64,000 nucleotides of DNA from Clostridia bacterium (GTDB lineage: Bacteria > Bacillota > Clostridia > Christensenellales > UBA1242). Position 1 is the first letter of the stretch; each line of letters begins with the position of its first letter. The notes below the pieces were generated by a model, which was not told the origin of the DNA, made no database searches, and saw only the letters and a program-made list of their open reading frames with translations. Position numbers and translations under genes: made by a program. Where the stretch lies: positions 166,125 through 230,124 of the forward strand of contig JAFXZE010000006.1 of assembly GCA_017541375.1 (NCBI GenBank), in the 5' to 3' direction. Below are positions 46,114 to 56,774 of the stretch, piece after piece.

Positions 46114-46368
46114 TTATTCTTCGTTTTGGTGTTCACTTTGATACTCTTCACGTTTTTGTTTGATGCGTTGTTTGTATCTATCTACTATAATATAACCTAA
46201 TACTGAGCCGCCTACAAGGATGATACAATCAATGATGATTAGCACAAAATTGGGAATTAGGTTTGCGATTGCTATATTAATAATTATTATGATGGGAACA
46301 ATAGCTAGCAGTGAAATAAGAAATGTCTTCATAATATCTGCCATTTCTTTATAAGTGACTTTAGCCAT
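46114..46368 (-). CDS. small membrane protein upstream of dnaB
   Basis: 84 aa, 2 TM helices, SD GGGAGGAG. Lies 15 nt upstream of dnaB. Confidence 0.5.
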   Translation of the reverse strand: MAKVTYKEMADIMKTFLISLLAIVPIIIIINIAIANLIPNFVLIIIDCIILVGGSVLGYIIVDRYKQRIKQKREEYQSEHQNEE

Positions 46369-46733
46369 AATTCTCCTCCCTTAGATTATTTTTCAAGTTT
46401 ACAACAAAAACGAAATCTTGACAAGATTTTTTGATACATTTCTTAAAAATTTTTCTGAGAGCTTATTTTATTATTAAAAATTGGGGCGAAAAATTGATAG
46501 GTATGGGTGTTCGCAGTGTTTTTTACAAAATTAGAAAATTTAATGAAAAAGTTGTCAAAAAGGTATTGCAAAATTTTTAGTTATGTGCTATTATAATTTT
46601 ATGACTTCGAGTGGTCCGCTGTGGGAAGAAAGGGCTGACTAAAAAGTAGGAGAGACGGGCGAGTAGTTGGGCACGGTAGTTGGCATTACATAAGAACATT
46701 CGGATTAATCTTTCAAGGAGGTGTAAAGTCATT

Positions 46734-47075
46734 ATGAACATTATTGCAACGTTAGAAAAAGAAGGGCTAAAGCAAAACGTAGCTGATTTCAACATCGGAG
46801 ACACTGTAAGAGTGTTTGTAAAGGTTGTAGAAGGCGACAAAGAGCGTTTGCAAGCTTATGAAGGAGTTGTTATTGCTCGCAAAAATGGCAGCATTCGTGA
46901 GACGTTTACTGTTCGTCGCATCAGTTTTGGTGTCGGCGTTGAGAGAACATTCCCTGTTCACTCACCACGAATTGACCACATCGACATTATCCGTAGGGGT
47001 AAGGTTCGTAGGGCAAAACTTTACTACGTGCGTAAGCTCAGTGGTAAAAAAGCTAAGATTAAAGCGAGTGTGTAA
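46734..47075 (+). CDS. rplS: 50S ribosomal protein L19
   Basis: Start moved to ATG 46734 after SD AAGGAGG. Sequence [51 protein letters not shown]. Confidence 0.95.
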   Translation: MNIIATLEKEGLKQNVADFNIGDTVRVFVKVVEGDKERLQAYEGVVIARKNGSIRETFTVRRISFGVGVERTFPVHSPRIDHIDIIRRGKVRRAKLYYVRKLSGKKAKIKASV

Positions 47076-47237
47076 TATTCGCTATGTAGGAGTGCCAATA
47101 GGCGCTTTTTTTTATGCGATTCACTGAGTAAAGTGGTGGCATTATTGGGGAAAAAACTATTCGGGTGAAGCGCCACGCGCTTCTGTTGTGCGCATAGCCC
47201 GAAAGAATGGAAGACAAAAAAATTTTAGCAAAAAGGG

Positions 47238-47266
47238 TTGACAAAGTGAAAATGGTGTAGTATAAT
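47238..47266 (+). promoter_or_regulatory. sigma-A type promoter of the ctsR operon
   Basis: TTGACA (47238-47243), 17 nt, TATAAT (47261-47266). Confidence 0.65.
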
Positions 47267-47272
47267 ATCAAA

Positions 47273-47289
47273 AGTCAAAGAAAGTCAAA
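47273..47289 (+). promoter_or_regulatory. CtsR operator
   Basis: AGTCAAAGAAAGTCAAA is a direct heptad repeat matching the CtsR box (A/G)GTCAAA-NAN-(A/G)GTCAAA, immediately downstream of the -10. Confidence 0.8.
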
Positions 47290-47321
47290 CTTTATTCTTT
47301 GAACAAAGGGAGGAATGTATT

Positions 47322-47774
47322 ATGGGCAATATTTCGGATATGATAGAGGACTTTATCATCGAGACTCTAGGAGAGGATGAGCAGCTAGATATCAGCCGAA
47401 ATGATTTGGCAACCTACTTTAATGTCGCACCCAGCCAGATAAATTATGTGCTATCCACTAGGTTTAACTACGCTAGGGGTTTTCTTACAGAGTCAAAACG
47501 AGGTGGCGGTGGGCATATAACTATTTTACGAGCGGTGGATGATGAGTGGGAAAAATCAGTGGCCGATAGGTTAAAAGAGCCAATTGACTATAAGAGTGCG
47601 TGCTACATTGTAGACGAAATGGCATCTAAGCAAAAACTAACCAAAGAAGAGTGCACTCTTTTAAAGGCTGTAATTAGTCCGGCTACATTAGCTAATCCAT
47701 TTAAACTGGAGAATCAAATACGATCTCAAATATTGCGTCGAATCCTTTTTGAAAATAAAGGAAGGAGGGAATAA
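47322..47774 (+). CDS. ctsR: class III stress-gene repressor CtsR
   Basis: ISDMIE.FI..L......L.I.RN.LA..F.VAPSQINYVLSTRF and the glycine loop KRGGGGHI. Confidence 0.9.
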   Translation: MGNISDMIEDFIIETLGEDEQLDISRNDLATYFNVAPSQINYVLSTRFNYARGFLTESKRGGGGHITILRAVDDEWEKSVADRLKEPIDYKSACYIVDEMASKQKLTKEECTLLKAVISPATLANPFKLENQIRSQILRRILFENKGRRE

Positions 47775-47776
47775 TT

Positions 47777-48268
47777 ATGTATTATTGTGATAAATGTGGA
47801 CGACCCGCGACTACGCTAACATGGATAGAGGTAAATGGTGAGCGCATGGAGCAACACTTGTGCTCGGAGTGCGCTGAATACTCTGATGACTTTGATAGTT
47901 TTGATGATTTTGTGCAACCTATGGTGGGCGAATTTTTTGATTTTCCTGTTGCATTTGCTAGAAAAAAACCATCAAAGCATGTGCCAACCTGCCTAAGTTG
48001 TGGGTTTACAAGCGATGATTACTTGCAGTTTGGTAAGTTTAATTGTCCGGATTGTTATCGTTATCTTGGTAAAGTGACTGAGCCAGATTTTTCAAAGTCC
48101 AACCCCAAAGTTAGCTTTGATAAGATAAAATTACGTAAAAAGCCAAAACCACAGACGAGGCTAGAAATTTTAAAAGCGAACTTAAAGAAAGCTGTGGATG
48201 AAGAAAGATATGAAGATGCAAGTGAAATTAAGAAAGAAATTGATAAATTGGAAGGAAAGGGGGAATAA
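47777..48268 (+). CDS. mcsA: McsA-like zinc-finger/UVR-motif protein
   Basis: CDKCG..CSEC and CLSCG..CPDC zinc-finger pairs, plus a C-terminal UVR-like motif AVDEERYEDASEIKKEIDKL. Confidence 0.75.
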   Translation: MYYCDKCGRPATTLTWIEVNGERMEQHLCSECAEYSDDFDSFDDFVQPMVGEFFDFPVAFARKKPSKHVPTCLSCGFTSDDYLQFGKFNCPDCYRYLGKVTEPDFSKSNPKVSFDKIKLRKKPKPQTRLEILKANLKKAVDEERYEDASEIKKEIDKLEGKGE

Positions 48269-48271
48269 TAT

Positions 48272-50749
48272 ATGAATGGTTTTACAAGACTTGTTGATAC
48301 AGTGTTGCAGAATGCAGGAGAATTGGCTACGCAAAGTGGTCATACAGAACTTGGGACAGAACACCTGCTTTTTGGTTTGATTTCAGTAGAAGAGTGTTTG
48401 GCTAGTCAAATACTCAAAAAGTATGGTGTTGATAAAGCAAGCTATCTCCAGCTTTTTGATGAAAGTGTGCAAAAAAGCCCTAGCTTAGAGCAAAGCGAAA
48501 TAGATCTTACTCCGCTGGTAAAGGAAATTTTGCGAGCTAGTCAAGAAATATCTGCAAGGTTAAATCAGACATTTGTAGGGACCGAGCATGTAATGCTTGC
48601 GCTTTTAGCTACATCACGTAGCGCTGGGGTAAGTATGCTCGAGCGAGGGTTTAATGTAAATATTGATAGCTTAAAGATCGAAGTACTAAATGCTCTTCGT
48701 AATGAAGTAACCGATGAGAATGGAACCAACACTGGTGATGATGAATCTAACAGTGGTAGCTCATTACCTAAAGAACTACTAGAATTAGGTACTGACCTTA
48801 CACTTAAGGCAAAGCAAAACAAAATCGACCCAATTATTGGACGAAGTGATGAGATTGCTCGAGTTATTGAAATTCTCTGTCGAAAGACGAAGAATAACCC
48901 CGTACTTATTGGTGAGGCTGGGGTTGGAAAATCTGCTGTTGTAGAGGGCTTGGCTCAAGCAATAGTTAGTGGAAATGTGCCGGAGCTACTCCAAGGCAAG
49001 ACAATTTTTTCACTCGAACTTGGTTCTCTTATGGCTGGTACTAAGTACAGAGGTAGCATGGAAGAAAAACTCAAAAAAGCAATCGATATACTTACAAAGA
49101 ATGATAAAATTATCACTTTTATAGATGAATTGCATACATTAGTTCAGGCGGGTGGTGATAAAGGTGAAATCAGCCCTGCAGATATGCTAAAGCCATATCT
49201 TTCTCGTGGGGAACTACAGACTATTGGAGCAACAACCACTGATGAATATCGTAAGTTTATCGAAAAAGATAAAGCACTTGAGCGTAGGTTCCAGCCAGTG
49301 ATGGTAAATCCGCCATCAGTTGAGCAAACTATTCAGATTCTTACAGGATTACGTGATAGTTATGAAGCCTTTCATAATGTAAAGATTACTGATGAGGCAA
49401 TTCAAGCCGCAGCTACCCTTAGTGATAGATACATTATGGATAGAAGCCTGCCTGATAAAGCTATCGATCTTATCGATGAGGCAAGTAGTAGGGCAAAAGT
49501 AAATGGTTCACTAGCGCCTACACCTCTAAAACTCAAGCAAGAAGAATTGGTAAAACTCGAGAATGATAAGAAAGAAGCGGTTGTGGCACAAAATTATGAG
49601 AAAGCAGCTGAGATTCGTGAACAAATCAAAGCACTAAATAGTGAAATAGAAGAGATGCAAAAGGACTTTGAAAAACAAGAAAAGGCTGTAAGCATTGGAT
49701 TTGATGATATAGCTAGAGTTGTAAGTGCGTGGACACATATTCCAGTAACTAAGATGAGTGAAACCGAACGCGAAAAGTTGATGGGGTTAGAGGATATTTT
49801 ACATGAGCGTGTTATTGGGCAAGAGCAAGCGGTTGTTGCTGTAAGTAAAGCTATTAGGAGAGCAAGAGCTGGTCTAAAGGACCCTAATCGACCTGTTGGT
49901 TCATTCCTATTTTTAGGGCCAACTGGTGTAGGTAAGACAGAGTTGAGTAAAGCACTCGCCGAGGCATTATTTGATGATGAAAATCTTATCATTAGGCTAG
50001 ACATGAGTGAATTTATGGAGGCGCACTCCGTAAGTAAGTTGATTGGTTCGCCTCCAGGTTATATTGGTCATGATGATGGTGGGCAGCTTACTGAGCAGGT
50101 TCGTAAAAAACCTTATAGCATCATTTTGTTTGATGAGATAGAGAAAGCACATCCAGATGTATTTAACATATTGCTTCAAGTTATGGACGATGGAAGACTT
50201 ACCGATAGTCATGGGCGTACTGTAAGCTTTAAAAATACAGTTATTATCATGACATCAAATGCTGGGGTTAGTGATCCTGCATACAAAAGAAATCGTCAGG
50301 CCTATGAAAAGGAAGATGATGAGGAGAAATTGGCTCGTCTTGATGAAGAAGCTAGTGATATATTAAATAAAGCTATAAAGGGAATGTTTCGCCCAGAATT
50401 CTTAAATCGTATTGATAGTATTGTAATATTTAAATCCCTAAGTAAGCCTCAACTTGCTCGCATTGCAAAACTGCTTATTACCAAGGTTGTAAAAAAACTC
50501 AAAGAGCAAGAAGTGGATATCAAATTTACTGAAGATGCTCTGCGTTACTTAGTGCAAAAAGGGTATACTCCAGATTTTGGGGCAAGACCACTTCGTAGAG
50601 TAATAGAACAGGAGATTGAGGACAAGCTTGCTGATGAGATATTAGCTGGTAGGCTTGGCTCTGGGGCTAAGGTAACAGTTGACGCAGACATTGCCCAGGG
50701 GAAACTGAAGTTTAGGATAGTGAATCGTCAATTAGCTGAACATAACTAA
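48272..50749 (+). CDS. clpC: ATP-dependent Clp protease ATP-binding subunit ClpC
   Basis: Clp N repeats, Walker [10 protein letters not shown] and GPTGVGKTE, and the linker motif [13 protein letters not shown]. Confidence 0.95.
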   Translation: MNGFTRLVDTVLQNAGELATQSGHTELGTEHLLFGLISVEECLASQILKKYGVDKASYLQLFDESVQKSPSLEQSEIDLTPLVKEILRASQEISARLNQTFVGTEHVMLALLATSRSAGVSMLERGFNVNIDSLKIEVLNALRNEVTDENGTNTGDDESNSGSSLPKELLELGTDLTLKAKQNKIDPIIGRSDEIARVIEILCRKTKNNPVLIGEAGVGKSAVVEGLAQAIVSGNVPELLQGKTIFSLELGSLMAGTKYRGSMEEKLKKAIDILTKNDKIITFIDELHTLVQAGGDKGEISPADMLKPYLSRGELQTIGATTTDEYRKFIEKDKALERRFQPVMVNPPSVEQTIQILTGLRDSYEAFHNVKITDEAIQAAATLSDRYIMDRSLPDKAIDLIDEASSRAKVNGSLAPTPLKLKQEELVKLENDKKEAVVAQNYEKAAEIREQIKALNSEIEEMQKDFEKQEKAVSIGFDDIARVVSAWTHIPVTKMSETEREKLMGLEDILHERVIGQEQAVVAVSKAIRRARAGLKDPNRPVGSFLFLGPTGVGKTELSKALAEALFDDENLIIRLDMSEFMEAHSVSKLIGSPPGYIGHDDGGQLTEQVRKKPYSIILFDEIEKAHPDVFNILLQVMDDGRLTDSHGRTVSFKNTVIIMTSNAGVSDPAYKRNRQAYEKEDDEEKLARLDEEASDILNKAIKGMFRPEFLNRIDSIVIFKSLSKPQLARIAKLLITKVVKKLKEQEVDIKFTEDALRYLVQKGYTPDFGARPLRRVIEQEIEDKLADEILAGRLGSGAKVTVDADIAQGKLKFRIVNRQLAEHN

Positions 50750-50870
50750 AAATGACAATATTTTTGCAAAACACATGACAATTCATACAAAAAATTTAAA
50801 TTTTTCTTGACTTTTGTGTTCGCTTGCGGTATAATACTTCACATATTTTTTATTAGGAGTTTCGTAAAAA

Positions 50871-51344
50871 ATGGAAAAAGAAATCGTTGTTACCGAAGAA
50901 GGTTTAAAGCAACTTAAAGATAGATTAGAACTACTCAAAAACGTAAAGCGTCCGCAGTGTATTGAGAAAATCGGTATTGCGCGTAGTTATGGAGACTTGA
51001 GTGAAAATGGTGAATATCACGCAGCTAGGGAAGAGCAGGCTAATATAGAGACGGAAATCCTTGAGATTGAGGAAAAGCTTCGTCACATAAAGATTATTGA
51101 TGACAAAGACATTGATACTAGCGTAGTTAGCCTAGGTTGCACTGTGCTTATTCACGATCTAAAGTTTGATGAGGATCTTACCTACAAAATTGTAGGAAGC
51201 ACAGAATCAGACCCTGCTAAAGGGTTACTCAGTAATGAGTGCCCAGCGGGTAAAGCCTTGATGGGGGCTAAAGTAGGTCAGACCGTGACTTACAAAGCTA
51301 ATGTTGGTGATATCCAGCTCAAAGTTCTAAAAATATCTATTTAA
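50871..51344 (+). CDS. greA: transcription elongation factor GreA
   Basis: ARSYGDLSENGEYHAAREEQ. 157 aa. TTGACT-17-TATAAT promoter upstream. Confidence 0.95.
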   Translation: MEKEIVVTEEGLKQLKDRLELLKNVKRPQCIEKIGIARSYGDLSENGEYHAAREEQANIETEILEIEEKLRHIKIIDDKDIDTSVVSLGCTVLIHDLKFDEDLTYKIVGSTESDPAKGLLSNECPAGKALMGAKVGQTVTYKANVGDIQLKVLKISI

Positions 51345-51350
51345 TAAATA

Positions 51351-51375
51351 AAAACCACACAGTGTGGTTTTTAAT
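51351..51375 (+). terminator. Rho-independent terminator after greA
   Basis: AAAACCACA-CAG-TGTGGTTTT followed by T-rich sequence. Confidence 0.7.
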
Positions 51376-51500
51376 TTTTGAGTAATATTCAGCATGTATA
51401 TTGACCTTCCTTTACGATATATACAAAAATTTTTGTCGAATTTTAAAAAAAATTGAAAAAAGGTATTGCATTTTTTGTTTGATTGTGATATAATCCATTA

Positions 51501-51900
51501 CGTAGCTAGTTAGGCGGTCGAATTTGCATTTTGCAAATTAGGAAAGTCCGAGCACAGCAGGGCAGGGTGCAAGATAACGTCTTGTGGAGGCGACTCCAAG
51601 GATAGTGCAACAGAAATACACCGCCATATATGTTAGAACTTTTGTGTTTTTTGATATTAATTATCATACCTCCTATTTTTTCGCAAAGGTCATGTATATG
51701 GTAAGGATGGAAAGGTGATTTAAGAGATCACCGGTATCGCAGAGATGTGATATGCTATGTAAACCCCACCTTGTGCAAGACAAGGGAACAACAAGAGTTG
51801 CCCACTCGTTCCCGATATACGTCGCTTGAATGTTTTAGTAATAAAACATCTAGATAGATGACCGTCCTTTGACAGAACTCGGCTTACAGGCTAGTCTACA
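51501..51900 (+). ncRNA. rnpB: RNase P RNA
   Basis: Universal elements GGAAAGTCCGAGC (51541-51553) and ACAGAACTCGGCTTACAG (51871-51888). P1 pairing of GTAGCTAG with CTAGTCTAC. TTGCAT-17-TATAAT promoter at 51466-51494. Ends are approximate. Confidence 0.85.
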
Positions 51901-51903
51901 AGG

Positions 51904-51927
51904 AGAGCTTCGGCTCTCTTTTTTTTG
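51904..51927 (+). terminator. Rho-independent terminator after rnpB
   Basis: GAGAGC-TTCG-GCTCTC followed by T8. Confidence 0.8.
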
Positions 51928-51992
51928 TGCTTTGGTAAAATTGTGCTTGACAAGTAAATTTTAGATTTGTAAAATAATATTGGAGGTAGGAT

Positions 51993-52727
51993 ATGACATT
52001 TTATGATGTAGAAGATTATGCAGAAGTTTATCATGAGATGAACACAAATTTTAGTAAAGATTTAAGTGCAGATTTGAGTAAATATCTGATGCGTAATGGA
52101 GCAAAGGTAAATAGTTTGCTCGATTTAGCATGTGGCACGGGTGTTTTTTGTGAGTTGATGAATAAAAAATGGAAATTAAAAAAATGTGTGGGCATCGATT
52201 TATCCAAAAAAATGCTCAAAATTGCAAAGGATAACACTAAGGGTGGAATAAAATATATATATGGTGATATGACATCGTTTGATTTGGGAACACAATTTGA
52301 CCTAATCACATGTAATTATGACGCTATAAACCATTTGGAAGAGTTTGATGCTTGGGAAAAAATGTTTAAATCAGTATACAAACATTTAAATAATGGCGGA
52401 TATTTTGTGTTTGATTACAATACTAATCACAAATTAGAAAGATATAGCAATAGTTTTTGGTTTACTGAAAATCGGGATTTTGATTTTGTTTCACATATTC
52501 ATACAGCGGGAAATAAACTTTGTTTTCAAGAATATGTTTATAAGAAAAATCCTGATGGTACTTACAAAAAATATAAGACAAAAGAACTAAAAGAGGCTTG
52601 TTTTGATGATAAAAAAATCGCCGCATCACTGAATAAAGTTGGGTTTAAAGACGTGAAAATGTGTGATAAAGGATACGAACTGACAGACTTTAATGTAAGT
52701 AGAGTATACGTAATTTGTAAAAAGTAG
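51993..52727 (+). CDS. class I SAM-dependent methyltransferase
   Basis: Motif I LLDLACGTG, plus post-I and motif II patterns (IDLS, YGDM, ITCNYDAINH). Confidence 0.75.
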   Translation: MTFYDVEDYAEVYHEMNTNFSKDLSADLSKYLMRNGAKVNSLLDLACGTGVFCELMNKKWKLKKCVGIDLSKKMLKIAKDNTKGGIKYIYGDMTSFDLGTQFDLITCNYDAINHLEEFDAWEKMFKSVYKHLNNGGYFVFDYNTNHKLERYSNSFWFTENRDFDFVSHIHTAGNKLCFQEYVYKKNPDGTYKKYKTKELKEACFDDKKIAASLNKVGFKDVKMCDKGYELTDFNVSRVYVICKK

Positions 52728-52736
52728 GATAGGAGA

Positions 52737-53283
52737 ATGAATAAATTAAAACTAGTGCCCGTTACTGAAAAATTAAGTGATAGCATATATGAGATGTTTC
52801 AAGAAATCCCATATAGTGAGCCAACGCAGGATGATAATGTGGCTAATGGGCTAAGCAGAGATGAATTTAGAAAATATTGTGTGATATTGGAGATGGCTAG
52901 CAAAAATATTTTGCTTAGTTATCGAGTACCCAATATGACTTATTTTATACTCTTTGATGATAAAACCCCTATAGGTTGGTATTTATTAAAAATGGAAAAT
53001 TTGCCCAAAGAGTACTTAAACGCAGGACATATTGGCTATTCAATTAGACCAAGCAAGCGAGGTATGGGGTATGGAACAGCGGGCTTACGTATGGTGGTGG
53101 ATATTGCAAAAAAGAAAGGTTATAGGAGAGTTTGTGTAACTAGTAACTACTGATGATGTAAATATTCCCAGCATAAAGATGCTAAAAAGATTAGGATTTA
53201 AAAAATTTAGTTGCAATTCACAAATTCAAAAATATACTAAGGAGCGTTGTAGTGAGGCAAGTCAGTACTATCTTGACTTATAA
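52737..53283 (+). pseudogene. GNAT-family acetyltransferase interrupted by a +1 frameshift near 53140-53150
   Basis: The ORF ends at TGA 53151-53153 just after the acetyl-CoA motif RGMGYGTAGLRMVVDIA. The +1 frame continues with ..TTDDVNIPSIKMLKRLGFKK.. (typical GNAT C-terminus) to TAA 53281-53283. Confidence 0.55.
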
Positions 53284-53364
53284 AACCAGTTTTTGGCATA
53301 AGTATTGACTTTTTGGGCGTTTTGTGGTAGAATACTGCAGAATAATTGGGGATTGGGATTGGTT

Positions 53365-54063
53365 ATGATAGATTTGAATGATTATAATAAGGAAGATGGG
53401 CGCTTTGATTATAAACAATTGAGGGCTGACATCATCGAGAATTTTAGAGAAGTTGGGTTAAAAGATGATGCATTGCGTAGGTCTTATAGCGCAATGTTAT
53501 CTAATGATGAGATGAGAAATCTCAAGATTGAGGCGATAAAACTTAATAGGGAAAGTTTTGAGAATGTGCAAAAATTAGGTTTGTTTAGTGAGCATAAAGC
53601 TGAGAAACTTGATAAGCAATTTTTAGATTTAATCAATAGTGGGTTAGATGTAACAGAAGATGAGTTACGATTTAACGATGAAGCATTGCCTAGTTTGCTG
53701 ATTCAGAGCATTCAGATGCAAGATTACAATAGAATGGGGATGTTACTTGCTGCTGGTGCGCCTGTAAGAATTGAAAGGGATTGTTTAGAAAAAGATACAT
53801 TGTGCGCCTTGGCTCAGGTGGGTGATATCAATTCACTATTAATTGTGCTTAGTTTTTTGGATAAACCACTAATGGAGCATTGGTTGATAGGGTATCTAAA
53901 TTCTAGTGCATTAGATAATCCCAAAAGTTATATCATGGGAGAAATGATAGCAAGGCGTAGTGAAGAATTGGGGGATGATTATGATAGTCTTATGCTGAAA
54001 AGTATAGATAGTTATCGCGAGAAAATGAATTTTACGGATTATGATGAAGAATTTAATAAATGA
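53365..54063 (+). CDS. hypothetical protein
   Basis: The track start at 53305 lies on the -35 of a TTGACT-17-TAGAAT promoter, so ATG 53365 is more likely. Helical repeat-like composition and a weak SD. Confidence 0.4.
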   Translation: MIDLNDYNKEDGRFDYKQLRADIIENFREVGLKDDALRRSYSAMLSNDEMRNLKIEAIKLNRESFENVQKLGLFSEHKAEKLDKQFLDLINSGLDVTEDELRFNDEALPSLLIQSIQMQDYNRMGMLLAAGAPVRIERDCLEKDTLCALAQVGDINSLLIVLSFLDKPLMEHWLIGYLNSSALDNPKSYIMGEMIARRSEELGDDYDSLMLKSIDSYREKMNFTDYDEEFNK

Positions 54064-54088
54064 AAAAATCCTTATTATAAGGATTTTT

Positions 54089-54838
54089 TCATATTTGAGG
54101 TAATGTTTTTTCAAAGATTACATTGTCAGATTTTGAAAAAGCTTGTTGATAGGCTCGCTGAGAGCATGCTAGAGCGCAGATGCAGATAATCGGTTTGTGG
54201 TGATGTGTAAATAGTTTAGCTTTCAAACTGGACAATTTCTCAATGTCGAAACTTCCAAAATGTGGCGCTGCGACGGTAGCTATTGTATAACTAGAGGAAG
54301 GGAGCTTGATAGAATATCTAGAATCCTCTTTTTGTTTGCTGCGAGGAATATCTACATAACCTCGGTAGATGTTTGGTGCATTTTTTTTGAACCATTCTAG
54401 GGTATATGGATTACGTGATTGAATAGCATATTCTCCATTGTAGTTTTTGAGAATATTATATATTCTTTGTTCGTCTTTGCCTACATTTTTGGTAGAAGAT
54501 ACAATTTCGATGAGTAGTGGAGTGCGATTGTTGACCAGAGTCAGTACTTCATTAAGTGTAGGAATAGTGTAGTCTGTGTTTAATAAGTGGGTATTTGGTA
54601 GGTCACTTGCTGTAAGGTTGTGAAGATAGCCATCTTTTTTTGTTAGACGAGATAGTTGGGAGTCTGAAAAAACGACTACAGTGCCATCGCCAATGACTTG
54701 TACACTAAAGGAAATAGCGTAGTTTTGGTTTATAGCTTTTTCAAAGCTGGGTAAAGTATTTTCAGGAACTTTTACATTGTCGAAAATTCCTTTGTTGGCA
54801 ATTAGTTTATCAACTAGCCAAGATTTAAAAATATTCAT
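54089..54838 (-). CDS. glycerophosphodiester phosphodiesterase family protein
   Basis: PENTLPSFEKAI near the N-terminus and a TIM-barrel GDPD-like pattern. Start set at the third-codon ATG (54838), which lies 6 nt from SD GAGGT. Confidence 0.65.
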   Translation of the reverse strand: MNIFKSWLVDKLIANKGIFDNVKVPENTLPSFEKAINQNYAISFSVQVIGDGTVVVFSDSQLSRLTKKDGYLHNLTASDLPNTHLLNTDYTIPTLNEVLTLVNNRTPLLIEIVSSTKNVGKDEQRIYNILKNYNGEYAIQSRNPYTLEWFKKNAPNIYRGYVDIPRSKQKEDSRYSIKLPSSSYTIATVAAPHFGSFDIEKLSSLKAKLFTHHHKPIICICALACSQRAYQQAFSKSDNVIFEKTLPQI

Positions 54839-54972
54839 TATCATACCTCGTGTTTTTTGGACATTATATCATAAAAAAATTAAAAGCGCTACTAATTTAA
54901 AGTAAAATATTTGATTTATGTTGCAAATTTAGTGTTATTAATGTATAATTAATTAAATTTAAGGAGAATAAA

Positions 54973-56772
54973 ATGAGGTCTAGACAAGATAATATTAGAA
55001 ATTTTTGCATTGTGGCTCATATAGATCATGGTAAGAGCACACTTGCAGACAGGCTTTTGGAGGCTACAGGTACAGTGGCAAAGAGAGACTTGACTGAGCA
55101 GCTGCTCGATAGTATGGACCTAGAGCGTGAGAGGGGGATAACTATCAAACTTACTCCCACTAGGATGAAATATACTTTTGAAGGGCAAGAATATATTCTC
55201 AATCTGATTGATACTCCAGGTCATGTGGACTTTACTTATGAGGTTAGTAGGTCGCTTGCTGCTTGTGAGGGGGCAATTTTGATAGTGGATGCGGGCCAAG
55301 GGGTGGAGGCTCAGACCTTAGCTAATGTTCATTTAGCATTGGATAACAATTTAGAAATTTTGCCAGTCATCAATAAGATTGATCTTCCTAGTGCAGAGCC
55401 GGAGAAAGTAAAACAGGAGATTGAGGATGTGATCGGCATCCCTGCGATGCATGCTCCTTGCATTTCAGCAAAAGAGGGGATCAATATTTTAGATGTGCTT
55501 GAAGGAATAATTAGGGAGTTCCCTGCGCCGAAAGGGGACGAAACAGCACCGCTAAAGTGTTTGGTATTTGATAGTTATTATGACAATTTTAAAGGCGCAA
55601 TTTGTTTGGTACGCGTTTTTGATGGCTCTGTAAAAAAGGGCGACAAGATAATGTTTATGCAAACAGGCAAACAATTTGAAGTGACAGAAGTGGGATATTT
55701 TGTGCCTAAGCCACAAGAATGTAGCGAATTACTTGCTGGTGAAGTGGGATATATCGCTGCTAGCATTAAAAAAGTTAGCGAAGCAAAAGTGGGAGATACT
55801 ATCACATCAGCTGTCGTCCCAGCTAAAGAGGCTTTACCGGGGTATAAGCAAGTACAACCAGTAGTATTCAGTGGGATTTTCCCGGTAGATGGTAGTAAGT
55901 TTGGAGAACTGAAAGATGCGTTGGAAAAACTGAAATTAAATGATAGTTCGCTTGAATATCAAGCAGAAAATTCAATAGCTCTTGGATTTGGTTTTCGTTG
56001 CGGATTTTTGGGGCTACTGCATATGGAGATTATTCAAGAAAGGTTGGAGCGAGAGTTTAATCTAGACATTATCACTACAGCTCCTAGTGTAAATTATCAC
56101 ATTTATAAGACTAATGGTGATATGATAGAGGTAAGCAATCCAAGTAATCTGCCCGAGCCTAGTTTGATAGCGCGAATGGAAGAGCCTTATGTGATCATGC
56201 ATATTTTTACTCCTCCAGAATATATGGGCTCGATAATGGAACTTTGCACAGAGCGAAGGGGAGAAAATCTTGATGTGGATTACTTAGATGAAAAGAGGGT
56301 AAGATTAGATTATTCCATTCCATTAAATGAAATTATTTATGACTTTTTTGATAGTCTAAAGAGTCGTACTCGAGGGTATGCTAGTCTTGATTATGAGCTA
56401 AGTGAGTATAAAGAAAGTAAGTTAGTCAAACTTGATATTCTGCTAAAAGGTGAGGTTTGTGATGCTCTTAGTCTAATTGTACACCAAGATAAAGCTTATG
56501 AGCGTGGGAAGATTATGGCGGAAAAACTCAAAGAAGTAATTCCAAGACAGATGTTTGAAGTGCCTATTCAAGCTGCTGTTGGTGGCAAAATAATAGCAAG
56601 AGAAACTGTAAAAGCCTTTAGAAAGGATGTGCTTGCAAAGTGTTATGGTGGAGATATCACTAGAAAAAGAAAACTACTCGAAAAGCAGAAGGAAGGTAAA
56701 AAGAAAATGCGTAGTATAGGCTCTGTAGAAGTGCCAAGTGATGCTTTTGTAAGTATATTAAAGATTGATTAG
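54973..56772 (+). CDS. lepA: translation elongation factor 4 (LepA)
   Basis: G motifs [17 protein letters not shown] and NKID. LepA-specific C-terminal domain. Confidence 0.95.
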   Translation: MRSRQDNIRNFCIVAHIDHGKSTLADRLLEATGTVAKRDLTEQLLDSMDLERERGITIKLTPTRMKYTFEGQEYILNLIDTPGHVDFTYEVSRSLAACEGAILIVDAGQGVEAQTLANVHLALDNNLEILPVINKIDLPSAEPEKVKQEIEDVIGIPAMHAPCISAKEGINILDVLEGIIREFPAPKGDETAPLKCLVFDSYYDNFKGAICLVRVFDGSVKKGDKIMFMQTGKQFEVTEVGYFVPKPQECSELLAGEVGYIAASIKKVSEAKVGDTITSAVVPAKEALPGYKQVQPVVFSGIFPVDGSKFGELKDALEKLKLNDSSLEYQAENSIALGFGFRCGFLGLLHMEIIQERLEREFNLDIITTAPSVNYHIYKTNGDMIEVSNPSNLPEPSLIARMEEPYVIMHIFTPPEYMGSIMELCTERRGENLDVDYLDEKRVRLDYSIPLNEIIYDFFDSLKSRTRGYASLDYELSEYKESKLVKLDILLKGEVCDALSLIVHQDKAYERGKIMAEKLKEVIPRQMFEVPIQAAVGGKIIARETVKAFRKDVLAKCYGGDITRKRKLLEKQKEGKKKMRSIGSVEVPSDAFVSILKID

Positions 56773-56774
56773 GA

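Noticed and set aside
46590-46733. Possible ribosomal protein L19 leader upstream of rplS
   Set aside because: A roughly 140-nt GC-richer leader after a TTGCAA-17-TATTAT promoter is suggestive. I cannot recall or verify the L19-leader consensus by eye, so this needs an Infernal/Rfam scan.
51458-51471. Shared AAAAAGGTATTGCA upstream of both the rnpB (51458-51471) and rplS (about 46561-46574) promoters
   Set aside because: It is most simply an A-rich UP-like element fused to a TTGCA -35 of strong housekeeping promoters. A similar GGTATTGA occurs at 31037. I do not consider it a dedicated regulatory site.
51560-51690. 54-aa antisense ORF inside rnpB preceded by AGGAGG
   Set aside because: The SD-to-ATG spacing is about 1 nt, and the ORF lies entirely within a conserved structured RNA.
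53151-53156. TGA-TGA at the GNAT break as evidence of a recoded stop (code 4/25 or selenocysteine)
   Set aside because: TGA functions as an ordinary stop elsewhere in the window, for example the tatD-like gene, tcdA, zur and the BclA-like gene. In-frame read-through yields non-GNAT sequence, and the +1 frame restores the expected C-terminus.
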